64,000 bases of DNA, from NCBI GenBank assembly GCA_965287045.1, contig OZ336874.1, forward strand, positions 35,526,001-35,590,000, written 5' to 3'. This stretch comes from Carcharhinus amblyrhynchos (taxonomy: Eukaryota). A program made the position numbers and the translations under genes. Below, piece after piece: positions 24,968-36,241 of the stretch; positions within the stretch are counted from its first letter, which is position 1, and every line of letters starts with the position of its first letter. The notes below the pieces were generated by a model. It did no database searches, was not told the origin of the DNA, and saw only the letters and a list, made by a program, of their open reading frames with translations.

Positions 24968-25173
24968 GAAAAAACCCCAGAAAGTCCTGGAATTATTCAG
25001 CAGGTTAGGCATCATCTATGGACAGAGAAACAAAATTAACATTTCTGGTTGATGATCTTTGATCAGGATATTAAGTCTGTTTCTTTGTCCACATATGCTA
25101 CCTGACCTGTTGAGTATTTCAAGCAACTTTTGCTTTCATTTTATATTTCCAGTATCTTTTAATTTGCTTTTGT
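24968..25173. mobile_element. Fold-back Penelope-type element, family B
   Basis: TCAGCAGGTTAGGCATCATCTATGGACAGAGAAACA versus TGTTTCTTTGTCCACATATGCTACCTGACCTGTTGA; degenerate minus-strand core CTGATCA..GAAATGTT. Confidence 0.78.
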
Positions 25174-25261
25174 CTTCCATTATTCCACCTTGACTGGTTT
25201 CTCTCTGGAGGCGTCATTTTTTTCTCCCCACCGCACAGAGAAAAAGACTAATTATTCATTT

Positions 25262-26300
25262 TTTTTAATTCGTTCATGGGACATCGACATCGCTGGCTGG
25301 CATTTATTGCCCATCGCTAGTTGCCCTCGAGAAGGTGCTGGTGAACTGTCTTCAATAGTCACTGTAGAACACGTGCTTTGGGTTGATCCACAATGCCATT
25401 AGGGAGGGAATTCCAAGATTCTGACCCAGCGACTGCGAAGGAACAACAATATATTTCCAAGTCAGGATGGTGAGTGGCTTGGAGGGCAACTTGCAAATGG
25501 TGTTCCTATTTATCTAATGCCCTTGTCCTTCTAGATGGAAGTGGTCGTGGGTCTGGAAGGCGTTGTCTAAGGATGTTTGGTGAATTGCTACAGTGCATCT
25601 TGTAGATAGTGCGCACTGCTGCTACTGAGCTTGAATGGTGGAGGGATTGAATGTTTTTAGATGAGGTGCCAATCAAGCGGCCTGCTTTGTCCTGGATGGT
25701 GTCAAGCTTCTTGAATGTTGTTAGAATGGCACTCATCCAGGCAAGTGGGAAGTATTCCATCACACTCCTGACTTGTGCCTTTTAGATGATGAATAGGCTT
25801 TGGGGATTCAGGAAGTGAGTTAGTGTTCCTAGCCTCAGACCTGCTCTTGTAACCACTGTGTTTATGGGGCAAGTCCAGTTGCGGTTCTGGTGAATGGTAA
25901 CCCCAAGGATGCTGACAGTGGGGGATTCAGTGATGATTACACCATTGAGTGTCAAGGGGTGGCGGTTAGAGTGTCTCTTATTGGTGATGGTCATTGCCTG
26001 GCATTTGTGTGGTGATTTGCCACTTGTTAGTCCAAGCCTGGATATTGTCTAGATCTTGTTGCATTTGAACATGGACTGCTTCAGTGTCTGAGGAGTCATG
26101 AATGGTGCTGAACACTGCAATCATCGGCAAACATCCCTACTTCTGACCTTATGACGGAGGGAAAGTCATTGGGCCTAGGACACTACCCTGAGGGAACTCT
26201 GCAGAGATGTCCTGCAGCTGAGATGACTGATCTTCAACAAGCACAACCACCTTCCTATGTACCAGGTATGACTCCAGCCAGCAGACTGTTTGCCCCGATT
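25262..26300 (-). mobile_element. CR1-group (Zenon-like) LINE 3' portion
   Basis: ORF MMEYFPLAWMSAILTTFKKLDTIQDKAGRLIG; same family as 22120-23540. Confidence 0.85.
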
Positions 26301-26479
26301 ATGTATTCAGTGCAGTACATATACACATTAGAAGAAGAAAGAAAAAGTATAAGGTTAGAATGGACCGTTTGTTAATTTAATATTTGGCACAGCTGGTAAA
26401 ATTTCCCTTCTTTATTCTATTCCCGTTTTGTAACTTATAAACTGCCTCCATCTTTACAAGGCCACGTACAGTAGCAAAG

Positions 26480-27170
26480 GAAAGGGTAAGCAGAACAGTC
26501 AGCCTAACATCACTGGAGGGCAAGTATCAGAAAAGCTTCTGACAGACAGTATAGCTCACTCTTTAACAGGCACAGATTAATCAAAGGTAGTCAGCATGGA
26601 TTGGATAAGGACAGGCTATGTCTGAGTAGCTTGATTGAATCTTTTGAGAGTGTAACAAGTTAGTCAATGAGGAAACAAATTTGACCTAGTGTACATGGAT
26701 TTTACGAAGGTTTTTGACAACACTCCCTAAGCCAGACTCGTCAGAAAAATAAAGTCCTTTGGATCAGAAGCATTAGTAGAGTACAAGAAAAAGTGGCAAG
26801 TTGAATCCAAAATTAACTCTGTGACAGACAAAGAATAATTGTCATGGGTGTCTCCATGATTGCAAGGCCATTTCCAATAGGGTTCCATGCCAAGATCCTT
26901 GCTTTTCATGCTATATATTAACAATTTAGACTTAAATATAGGGAACATACATAAGAAGATAGTGCAAAAATTGGTCATGTGGCTGACAGTGAAGAAAGTA
27001 GTTGAAGACTGAAGGAACATATTAATGGATTGTTCAGGTGGGCAGAATGATTATAAATGTAATTCAAATCAAGAGCAGTGGGAGGTAATGCATTTGGGAA
27101 GGGGAAAAATAGCAAGGGATACACAATAAATGGCAGGATACCGAGACTTGTTGAGAAGCAAAGGGACCAT
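26480..27170 (+). mobile_element. Old CR1 reverse transcriptase fragment
   Basis: Degenerate PVSLTS, SQHG, CLSSLIE and VYMDFTKVFD. Confidence 0.75.
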
Positions 27171-28084
27171 GGGGAGGGGTAAAACAGGAGGAGGCACTGC
27201 ATTATTAGTTAAGGAGTCAGTTACTACAGTAAAGAGATGATATCTTGGAGGCAGCATTAAATAAAGCTTTGTGGATAGAGCTTAGGAATAAAAAAGGGAA
27301 GGATAAAAAGGATAACTGGCAGGAAATTAAGGAGCAAATACATGCAGAATTCACAGATGTGTAAAGATAATAACAACAGAGAAATTACAGTAAGTGACTT
27401 CAACTTTCCCAACATTAATTGGGTTAGAGAAAGTGTTAAGGGCTTGCATGGAGCAAATTCCTTGAAATATGTACTGAAGAACTTTCTGGGTCAATATGTG
27501 GAAGGTTTAACAAGGGATGGCACGGTGCTGGACCTAGTTCTGGGGAATGAAGGCGGACAGGTGGTGGGGGAGAATTTTCATGACAGCAACTCAACATGGT
27601 ACAACTTAATTTTGTCATGGGCAAAGAAATTGACAATCTACAAAAAAAAGGATTTTAGTAAAGTAAGGCAGGGTCTGGCTGAGGTACACTGGGGAAATCC
27701 ATAGAAGAGCAATGGGGAACATTCAAAAAAGAAATGGAGAGGGTATATGTTACCTCTAGAGTAATAGGAAAGATTAACAAGCCCAGAGAACCATGGGTGG
27801 TCAGAGATAATTGGATACAACGAGAAGGTTTTCAGTAGGTACAACTGGGGGAGCAAATCAGCAGAGACATTAGTAGAGTACAGAAAGTGCAGGGTGGAAC
27901 TGAAGAAAGCAAAGATGGGATATGAGAAAGCACCTGCTGGTGAAAGCATGGAAAATCCCATGATATTCTCCAAGTATATAAATAGACATAGAATAACTAG
28001 GAAAAGAGTAGGGTCAATTAGGGACCAAGGAGGCAATCTACTGAGGTGTTCTGAACAAATACTTAAGTTTGAGGTTAAGTGTGA

Positions 28085-28174
28085 CACCTGGCGAAGGAAC
28101 AGCGTTTCTGAAAGCTTGCGTGCTTATTATCAAATAAACTGGTTGGATTTTAACATGGTGTTGTGCCAATTCCT
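28085..28174 (+). mobile_element. Single-arm copy of family A hammerhead-bearing element
   Basis: CAC-CTGGCGA-AGGAACAGCGTTTCT-GAAA-GCTT..CAAATAAACTGGTTGGATTTTAACATGGTGTTGTG. Confidence 0.72.
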
Positions 28175-28915
28175 CTCTGGCCATGGGGAAGGTATCAGAG
28201 GATTAGAGAACAGCTAACGTGGTTCCACTATTTAAGAAGCATTGTAGAGATAAGTCAGGGAAACACAGATCAGTGAGTCACACATTCGTGGTAGGGAAGC
28301 CACTAGAGAAAATTCCGAAGGAGGATCTATCACCACTTGGAGAGGCAAGGTTTGATCAGGAATAGTCAGCATGGCTTCATCAGAAGGAAGTCATGCCTAA
28401 CAAATTTGACTGAATTTTTTGAAGAGATGATCAGGCACGTTGGTAAAGGTAGTGTAGTCGATGTAGTTTATATGGATTTCAGCAAAACCTTTGACAAGGT
28501 CTCACATAGGAGACTTATAATGAAGGTACATGTACATGGGAGACTGGGTAATTTGATGATGTGGATACAAAATTGACTTAGTTGTAGGAGACACAGGGTG
28601 ATGAAAGAAGGCTGGTTTAGCAACTAGAAGCTAGTATTTAGTGATGTACAATAGGGATTGTGCTGGGTCCCCTATTATTCGTCAATTATATAAATGACGA
28701 CAGTGATTATGTGAAGAGTAGGATTAGTTAGTTGTGGATAACACAAAGATTGGTTAACAGTGAGACTGAGTTTCTAGGACTACAGGAAAATATAGATGGG
28801 ATGGTCAAATGGAGAGAAAGGTAGCAGATGGAATTTAGCCCTGCAAAGTGTGATGTAATACACTTTAGAAGGAGTAATTTTAAAACAAAGTATTCAATAA
28901 ATGCCATGACACCAG

Positions 28916-29318
28916 GAACATAAGAACATAAGAAATAGGAGCAGGAGTAGGCCATCTAGCCCTTCGAGCCTGCCCCGCCATTCAATAAGATAATGGCTGA
29001 TCTGTCGTGGCTCAGTTCCACTTTCCCGCCCTCTCCCCATAACCCTTAATCCCCTCTCTTATCAAAAACCCATCAACCCGCTTCTTAAAAATATTTAGCG
29101 AGGCAGCCTCCACCACTTCAACGGGCAGAGAATTCCAGAGATTCACCACCCTTTGAGTGAAGAAGTTCCTCCTCAACTCCGTTCTAAACCGCCCCCCCTT
29201 TATCCTGAGGCTGTGCCCCCTAGTCCTACTGTCTTTTTTGAGCGGGAAGAGTCTCTCCACCTCTATCCTATCCATCCCATTCATCATCTTACACGTCTCA
29301 ATGAGATCTCCCCTCATT
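28916..29318 (-). mobile_element. CR1 3' fragment (young subfamily) nested in an older CR1
   Basis: (GAACATAA)n tail; RMRGDLIETCK..RNFFTQRVVNLWNSLP; highly similar to 4740-5154. Confidence 0.92.
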
Positions 29319-29613
29319 CTTTTGGCATATTTGTCCATAAATTTCTGAAGGTGGACGGGCATGTCAGTGGGGTGATAAAAAAGGCGTATGAGCACTTGCT
29401 TTTATCAATTGAGGCATATAATACAAAAGTTGGGAGGTCACATTGGAGTTGTACAGAACTCTGGTGAGGCCACAGTTGGAGTACTATGTGCAGTTTTTGC
29501 CACATTATAGGAAGGATATAATTGCACTGGAGGGGATGCAGAGGAGATGCACCAGGATGCTGCCTGCCAAGTTATGAAGAAAGGTTGGATAGAACTGGGT
29601 TGTTTTAATTGGA

Positions 29614-29841
29614 TAAGAAGTCTCACAACATCAGGTTAAAGTCCAACAGGTTCATTTGGTAGCAAAAGCCACTAGCTTTCGGAGCGCTGCTCCTTCATCA
29701 AGTAAGTGGGAGTTCTGTTCACAAATAGGGCATATAAAGACACAAACTCAATATTGTACCAATAAACCTGTTGGACTTTAACCTGGTGTTGTGAGACTTC
29801 TTACTGTGTTTACCCCAGTCCAACGCCAGCATCTCCACATC
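29614..29841. mobile_element. Fold-back Penelope-type element, family A, with a perfect 14-bp TSD
   Basis: TTGTTTTAATTGGA at 29600-29613 and 29842-29855; minus-strand core TTGATGA-AGGAGCAGCGCTCC-GAAA-GCTA-GTG at ~29667-29705. Confidence 0.9.
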
Positions 29842-30229
29842 TTGTTTTAATTGGAACAGAGAAGACTAAGGGGCAACCTGATCAAGGTTCATGGAAAGGA
29901 TGGATAGAAAGCAGCTGTTTCCCTTAATGAAGGGCAGTCAAGAGGGGACACAAGCTCAAGGTGAGGGGCAGGAGGTTTAGGAGGGATGTAAGGAAAAACT
30001 TTTCTACCGAGAGGGTGGTGACAGTCTGGAATGCACTGCCTTGGAAAGTGATGGAAGAGGATAACCTCACATCCTTTAAAAAGTACCTGGTTGAGCACTT
30101 GGTATATCATAACAGTCAAGGCTATAGGCCAAGTACTGGTAAATGGGATTAGGTAGGTAGGTTAGGTGGTTCTCAAGTGTTAGTGCAAACTGAATGGGCC
30201 AAAAGGGCCTCTTCTGCACTAGATTCTGG

Positions 30230-31340
30230 AATGGATGTCCACAGATCCCTGAAAGTACAAAAACAAGTAGATAAAATGTTTAAAGGTGACTTGCAGCATA
30301 CATTGCTTTTTAATCAAGGTATAGAATATAAGGGAATTATGCTATAAACATGTAAAGTATTCATTAGTCCACAGTGACAGTGCTGCGTACAGTTCTGGTC
30401 ACCACATTATAGGAAGGATGTATTCACATTAGAAAGGATACAAAGGAGATTTGTGAAGATTTGCCAGCAATGGAAAATTTTAGCTATTAAGAAAGATTGG
30501 CTAGCTTGTTATTATCATCTTTGGAACAGAGGACACTGAAGGGAGATAGCATAGTGTATAAAATTATGAGGAACCTACAGCAGAGAAATCAGTAACCATG
30601 GGGCATAGATTTAAAGCAATTGGCAGAACTGGGGATGTTATCTTTTCATCCAGAGGGTGATGTGGGTCTGGAACTGATTGATTGTCTGAAAGATAGAGAT
30701 ATAACTTTCATCATATTTAAACATTACTTGGATATGCACTTTGAAGTGCTGTAACTTCCAGAAAGCAGAATTAAACTTAATTGCTCTTTTTTTGGACAGC
30801 ACAAACATGGTTAAAAAAAATACAGTACAGTAGGAAACCATTCAGCCTATGTTTCTATGGGGTATTGCATTCAGGTTTGGGCACCCCAGGAAAGATATCT
30901 TTACTTTGGAGGGATTAAAGCACAAATTCACCAGAATGACATCTGGTTTAAAAAGGGTGGATGTAAAATAACTCAACATTGTGAACAAAGAAGAATTATA
31001 ACTTCTGTTGAGTGAATTCAGAACAATGAGTTAGAATCTTAAAATCAGAGGTGTGGCCTCTTTTAAGGTCAAACCAAACAAAACAAAAAATTCAGAGATG
31101 TGGCAGACAGGAGGGAAATCAGGAAGCATTTTTTTAAAGCAGAAAGTGGAAGTAAAAATTTGGAACTCTCTCCGAAGGACCAAATGCTGGGACAATTTAA
31201 ACTTTCAAGGAGAAAGTAATAGCACATCTTTATTAAGTAAGGCTATTAGAGAATTATGAGGCAAAGTTGGATAAATAGATTAGACTGAATGTTGTAATGT
31301 GTTTGATATGCTGAATGGCCTACTCAGTGTCCTGAGTTCC
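30230..31340 (+). mobile_element. Two old CR1 3' fragments
   Basis: Degenerate CVQFWSPHYRKD and WNSL motifs; tail GCTGAATGGCCTACTC near 31310. Confidence 0.7.
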
Positions 31341-31559
31341 TTGGGGTGATTAAACTCAGAACTGACTTAATTCTGTTGGATGGTACTCACCAGTGGAACA
31401 ATACTGCAGGAGAGTTTAAATTATTGCTAAGGGACACGGGTGCACTGATTAGTTCCAAGGCAACCCAGCAACGTTCAACTGTTTCTAGAAACCTTGCAAT
31501 CTATCTGATAACCATTTCACCACATTATTTGAAGGAACTTTGAAATATTTTAGCAGTTT

Positions 31560-32300
31560 GCCCACAGCTCTGTTCATTATTGGTCAAATAACTTGCGTAT
31601 TACACCACTGCCAGACAATGATCATCTTCAACAGCCTTGCCATCTCCCCTTGACATTGAATGGCATACCATCACCAAATCCCCCATTATTATTAACAGCC
31701 TGCAGTCATCACTGTCCAAATTCATAATTGGACCAGCCACACATGGCTACAATAACAGGTGAGAAACCAAGTATTCCATGGCGAAATACTAACTCTCAAC
31801 TCCATGAAGCCTCACTAACATTTATAATGCACAAGTCAGAAGGGTGATGGAATATTCTCTACCTGAATGAGCGCAGCTGCAACACTCAAGATGCTCAAAT
31901 CAACAAAGTAGTCTGCCTTTGAACAAAACCTCATTCACAAGCTCAAATGCCCACTCACACCAGAGTAATGCTGTTGCAATGTGCATTATCATCTTTATAA
32001 TGCATTGCAGAAGCTCACTATAGTAGTTTCAACAACATCTATAAAATCATTTAAAAGGGAAAGGGTAGCAGTGCATAGAAACAATCAATTCCAAGTTTTC
32101 CTACAAGTCACATACCATTCCACCTTGATCACGTGTCACTGTTACTTTATAGTGACTGGATAAAATTCCTGGAATTCCCTGCCTAACAATATTGTGGGAT
32201 TAAATCCACTTCAGACTGCAGCAGTCCACCATTACTTTCTCAAGAGCAATAAATAAGAGCCTTATTGGAGGCATCCATGCCAGAGAATGATTCTTTTCTT
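31560..32300 (+). mobile_element. Old CR1-group (Zenon-like) LINE 3' portion
   Basis: GCACAAGTCAGAAGGGTGATGGAATATTCTC and ACACTCAAGA match the 22120-23540 family. Confidence 0.7.
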
Positions 32301-32342
32301 TGAAAAGAAAATTTGAATCATATCTCTGTAGTTTCAGATTTT

Positions 32343-33095
32343 AAGAACATAAGAAATAGGAGCAGGAATATGCCATCTAGCCCTTCGAGCCTGCCCCACC
32401 ATTCAGTAAGATCATGGCTGATCTGAAGTGGCTCAGTTCCACTTTCCCGCTTTCTCCCCATAACCCTTAATTCCCTTGTCTACCAAAAACCTATCTACCC
32501 GTGTCTTAAATATATTTAGCGAGGTAGCCTCCACCACTTCAATGGGCAGAGAATTCCAGAGATTCACCACCCTTTGAGTGAAGAAGTTTCTCCTCAACTC
32601 CATTCTAAACTGCGCACCCCCCCCCCTTATCTTGAGGCTGTGCCCTCTAGTCCTGCTGTCCTTTGAGCGGGAAGAATCTCTCTACCTCTACCCTATCCAT
32701 CCCCTTCATTATCTTATATGTCTCTATAAGATCCCCCCTCATCCTTCTAAACTCCAACGAGTACAGACCCAGTCTATTCAGCCTCTCTTCACAGTCCAAC
32801 CCGCTCAGCTCCGGTATCAGCCTAGTGAACCTCCTCTGCACTCCCTCCAAGGCCAAAATATCCTTGCGCAAGTGCGGCGACCAAAACTGCACACAGTACT
32901 CCAGCTGCGGCCTCACCAGTGCCCTGTACGGTTGCAGCAAGACCTCCCTGCTTTTATATTCTATCGCCTTCGCTATAAAGGCCAGCATCCCATTCGCCTT
33001 CCTGATCACCTGCAGACTGGGTTTTAGTGACTCATGCACAAGGACCCCCAGGTCCCTCTGCACCGTAGCATGCTGCTGCTTTTCGCCCTTTAATA
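32343..33095 (-). mobile_element. CR1 LINE 3' portion (young subfamily)
   Basis: ORF 32647-33063 QRDLGVLVHES..RPQLEYCVQFWSPHLRKD; same subfamily as 4038-5154. Confidence 0.94.
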
Positions 33096-33399
33096 CACTT
33101 TCGCCCTTTACTCTTGTGAAATCTCAAGTCAAGTACAAAACTGTATATTCAGGATACTCTGACTGAACATATTGCATCTCATGATTCAGTTGTATTTCTG
33201 CTAAACTAAGAACACAATTGGGCAGATCTTCCAAGTACTCTCATATTTAAAACTTTTAGACTCTGTGACCATGGGTTCCTGACATGCACTTTGCGCGATT
33301 ATCACTCGCCACTGGGAATACTGGGCTGAAGAATAACCCCTGTAAGTGTGAGTTAGACTGGCTAAACAGGTGCCCACATGGCATCCGTTGTATTTTATT

Positions 33400-34030
33400 C
33401 CCAAATGTATCACTGTTTAAATAAAATTCCGCCATTCTGTTTCTCCTTCCAAAGTGGAAAACTTCACATTTATCCATGCAATAATACAACTGCCATATAT
33501 TTGTTCACCCACTCAATTTGTCTAAATCACCTTGAAGCCTCAACCCCTCATCCAAATCACTGAATGTATATTGTGAATAGTTCAGGCCCAATCACTGATT
33601 CCTGCAGTATCCCACTACTCACTGCTTTGAAAAGAATCCATTTATACCTACTTTCTATGTCCTGTCTACTAGCCAATTCTCAATTAACGCCAACATGTTA
33701 CCTCCAATCCATTGTGCCATGTTCTGTAAACCTGAATAAATCACCTTGGCCAGTTCAACCATATCTATTCCGGTAGTTACATCCTCAAAAAACTCCAGTA
33801 AATTTATCAACATGATTTCCCTTTCATAAAACCATGTTGACTTTGTCCAATTCTGTTGCCAATTTCCAACTGTCCATTTTTCATTTATAACGAACTCCAG
33901 CATTTTCCCTACTAGCAATGTTATGCTAACCTGTCTGTAATTCCCTGTTTCCTCTTTTTTGAATATTGGGTTTATATTTGCCACCCCAATCTGCCACAAC
34001 TTTCCAGAATCTACAAAATTATGGAGGATG
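33400..34030 (-). mobile_element. Old CR1 fragments
   Basis: GNYRQVSITLLVGKMLE, NLLEFFEDVT and DKCEVFHFGRRN on the minus strand. Confidence 0.78.
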
Positions 34031-34317
34031 ACTTAAAACCTCATGTTTCTTCTTTATCATTTCCTCCTCAAGGCACTGAGTCCTGATTTGGATTAAGTTA
34101 CACCACTGCTAACGCCTATCCAAAGCTCTCAAGGGACCATTTCTCCCATGTGCAGGAGCATCACAATTGAGCTTATCCTCAACCAAAGTCCACACACAAG
34201 CACACTTCCATTCCAGTAAAAGTCATTGGATATCAAAAAGCAATGTGTGGCATGGCCAAATATCCTATCCCAAACTAATGGTACTGAAGCCAACTGCAGT
34301 GACCCTACAGCCTGAAA

Positions 34318-34598
34318 GTTTGTTTACTTAATAGTTACAAGTAAGGCTTACATCAGCACTGCAATGAAGTTACTGTGAAATTCCCCTTGTTGCCACAGTC
34401 CGGTGTCTGTTCGGGTCAATGCACCTAACCAGCATATCTTTCAGAAGTGGGAGGAAACCGGAGCATGCGGAGGAAATCCACGCAGACAGGGAGAATGTGC
34501 AAACTCCAAAGACAAAGACAGTTACCCAAGCCAGGAATCGAACCCAGGTCCCTGGTGCTGAGAGGCAGCAGTGTTAACCACTTGCTACCATGCTGCCC
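34318..34598 (-). mobile_element. V-type SINE with the alternative (Rex1/Babar-like) tail, nested in an older repeat (~34060-34640)
   Basis: Minus strand GGGGCAGCATGGTAGCAAGTGGTTAACACTGCTGCC, GGTTCGATTCC, V-domain, tail TTTCACAGTAACTTCATTGCAGTG. Confidence 0.88.
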
Positions 34599-35017
34599 CT
34601 GAATGAGATCAACTAACTCTGCACAGATCAGGAATCAAACACTGATTAACAAAGTAATTAAAATGTTGAATAACATTTGTTTCCATCTAGTCATAAGATA
34701 CAATAACCATTTAATGATCTCCATTTAAAGATTAGACTGAACAGGTTTTGTTACAAATCCATTCGTAAAATATAAACTTAACAAAAATCCAAGGTTAAAA
34801 ATAAAATTATTTCAGCCAAAAACATTATGATGAGAAACTAAAAGCAACACACTCCCAGCCACCTTGACATTTAAAATGCTTTTTAAGTGCAAAACATTAC
34901 AGCAATGTTCAAATAAAATTTCCCATTAACTCAAACTATGCTGTCATATTGCATTTAACTAGAAAGGATTGTGATTGTAGTAAAGATACAACAGTTGACG
35001 AAAAGTACATTAAATTA

Positions 35018-35223
35018 AAAGCAAAATATTGTGGATGCTGGAACTCTGGAATAAAAACAAAGTGCTGAGAAAATAGAGGCCTGATACCATCTCTGGAAAA
35101 AAAACAGTTAATGTTTTGAGTCCAACGTGAACTGAAGTTCTGAAAAGGAGATAATCGGTATTCAAAAAGTAAACCCCATTTCTCTCTCCACAGATGCAGA
35201 GTTTTTCCTGCACTTTGTTTTTA
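35018..35223. mobile_element. Fold-back Penelope-type element, family B (old)
   Basis: TAAAAACAAAGTGC versus GCACTTTGTTTTTA inverted ends; TCTCTCTCCACAGATGC; left extension AAAAGCAAAATATTGTGGATGCTGGAA. Confidence 0.72.
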
Positions 35224-35590
35224 TCATGTCAGTAAATAAAGGATTTACCTGATACTATGATCTCAATGATCTAATATCACCTTAAGAACCTCTAAAATGT
35301 GTTAAATCCCCAACAACTCAGTCCAAATTCTACTTCATACAGAGCACAAACCTTGCTAGCATAGATGGCTCTGTAAAGACGGATATATATCATATGACTG
35401 GAATCAGAATATGAACTATAATGGCCACTAGTTACGACAGATCACATTGATGTCTTTTTAATGAAATTTAACAATTGCATTTTCTCATATACAGTGTAAA
35501 TGTACTTCACACTAGTCCCTGCGGTTCTGGGTGTACAGAGAAAAGAGAAATGGCTACGGAGAAAAGTTAGTCGGAATGAAATATTGGAGG

Positions 35591-35792
35591 ACAAAAACAG
35601 ATTCATAGATCCTGGAAATCTGAAGTAAGAACAAATTGCCGGAAATATTCAGCAGATCATGCAGCATTTGTGAACAACAGAACAGAGTTAACAGTTCAAA
35701 TCAATGACCTTTAATCAGAACCTTCTGAAGCCCTCTGTTCCTCCATCCACTGATATCACCTGAACTGCATTTTCGGAGTGTTCAGTTTTTCA
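35591..35792. mobile_element. Fold-back Penelope-type element, family B (old)
   Basis: GGAAATATTCAGCAGATCATGCAGCATTTGTG..ACAGAGTTAAC..GACCTTTAATCAGAAC, then a decayed reverse arm. Confidence 0.65.
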
Positions 35793-36203
35793 TTAACGAA
35801 GGCGTCAGCATAGACATTTTCCTGTAGTTTTGCTTTACATACTCAAGATCAGAGACTGCTGTCCCGAACAATGAAGACGGCTTTATGAGCCAAATGTTTT
35901 TTTCATTCTAGTTCTTTCCCCACTTATTCTTATTATTCAAAGTGGTGAATTCTAGAGATTCTAGGGTCATGTTAGACCATGGCAATTGTTCTTGAGACCA
36001 CGATAATTGTTCATGGTCAAAGCAACATGTAGCGGGTTCCTGCTAACAAATATTACTAGACCCAAACTATGCAATGTCAGGTTTTATCTCATGGTTTGAC
36101 CCAAGATACCATAGTGAGAGAATATGATTAATAAAGAAGCAATATACTAAAGCTTTGAAAAGTAGGGAGATTCATAGTTTTGCACTTATAGCTACAAGAA
36201 TGC

Positions 36204-36237
<34 letters not shown>
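36204..36237 (+). repeat. (GA)n microsatellite
   Basis: Dinucleotide run with one interruption. Confidence 0.95.

Positions 36238-36241
<4 letters not shown>

Larger units (their letters stand above)
27170..30225 (+). mobile_element. Long decayed CR1 LINE (APE endonuclease end, reverse transcriptase, 3' tail) with three nested insertions
   Basis: SDFNFPNINW and TRDGTVLDLVLGNE (endonuclease region); SQHGFIRRKSCLTNL; YMDFSKTFDKV; ERVVTVWNALP; tail GGGCCAAAAGGGCCTCTTCTGCACT. Confidence 0.88.

Noticed and set aside
16600-29841. Recurrent ~45-bp repeats as a CRISPR array
   Set aside because: Dispersed and inverted rather than a repeat-spacer array; no cas genes; eukaryotic context
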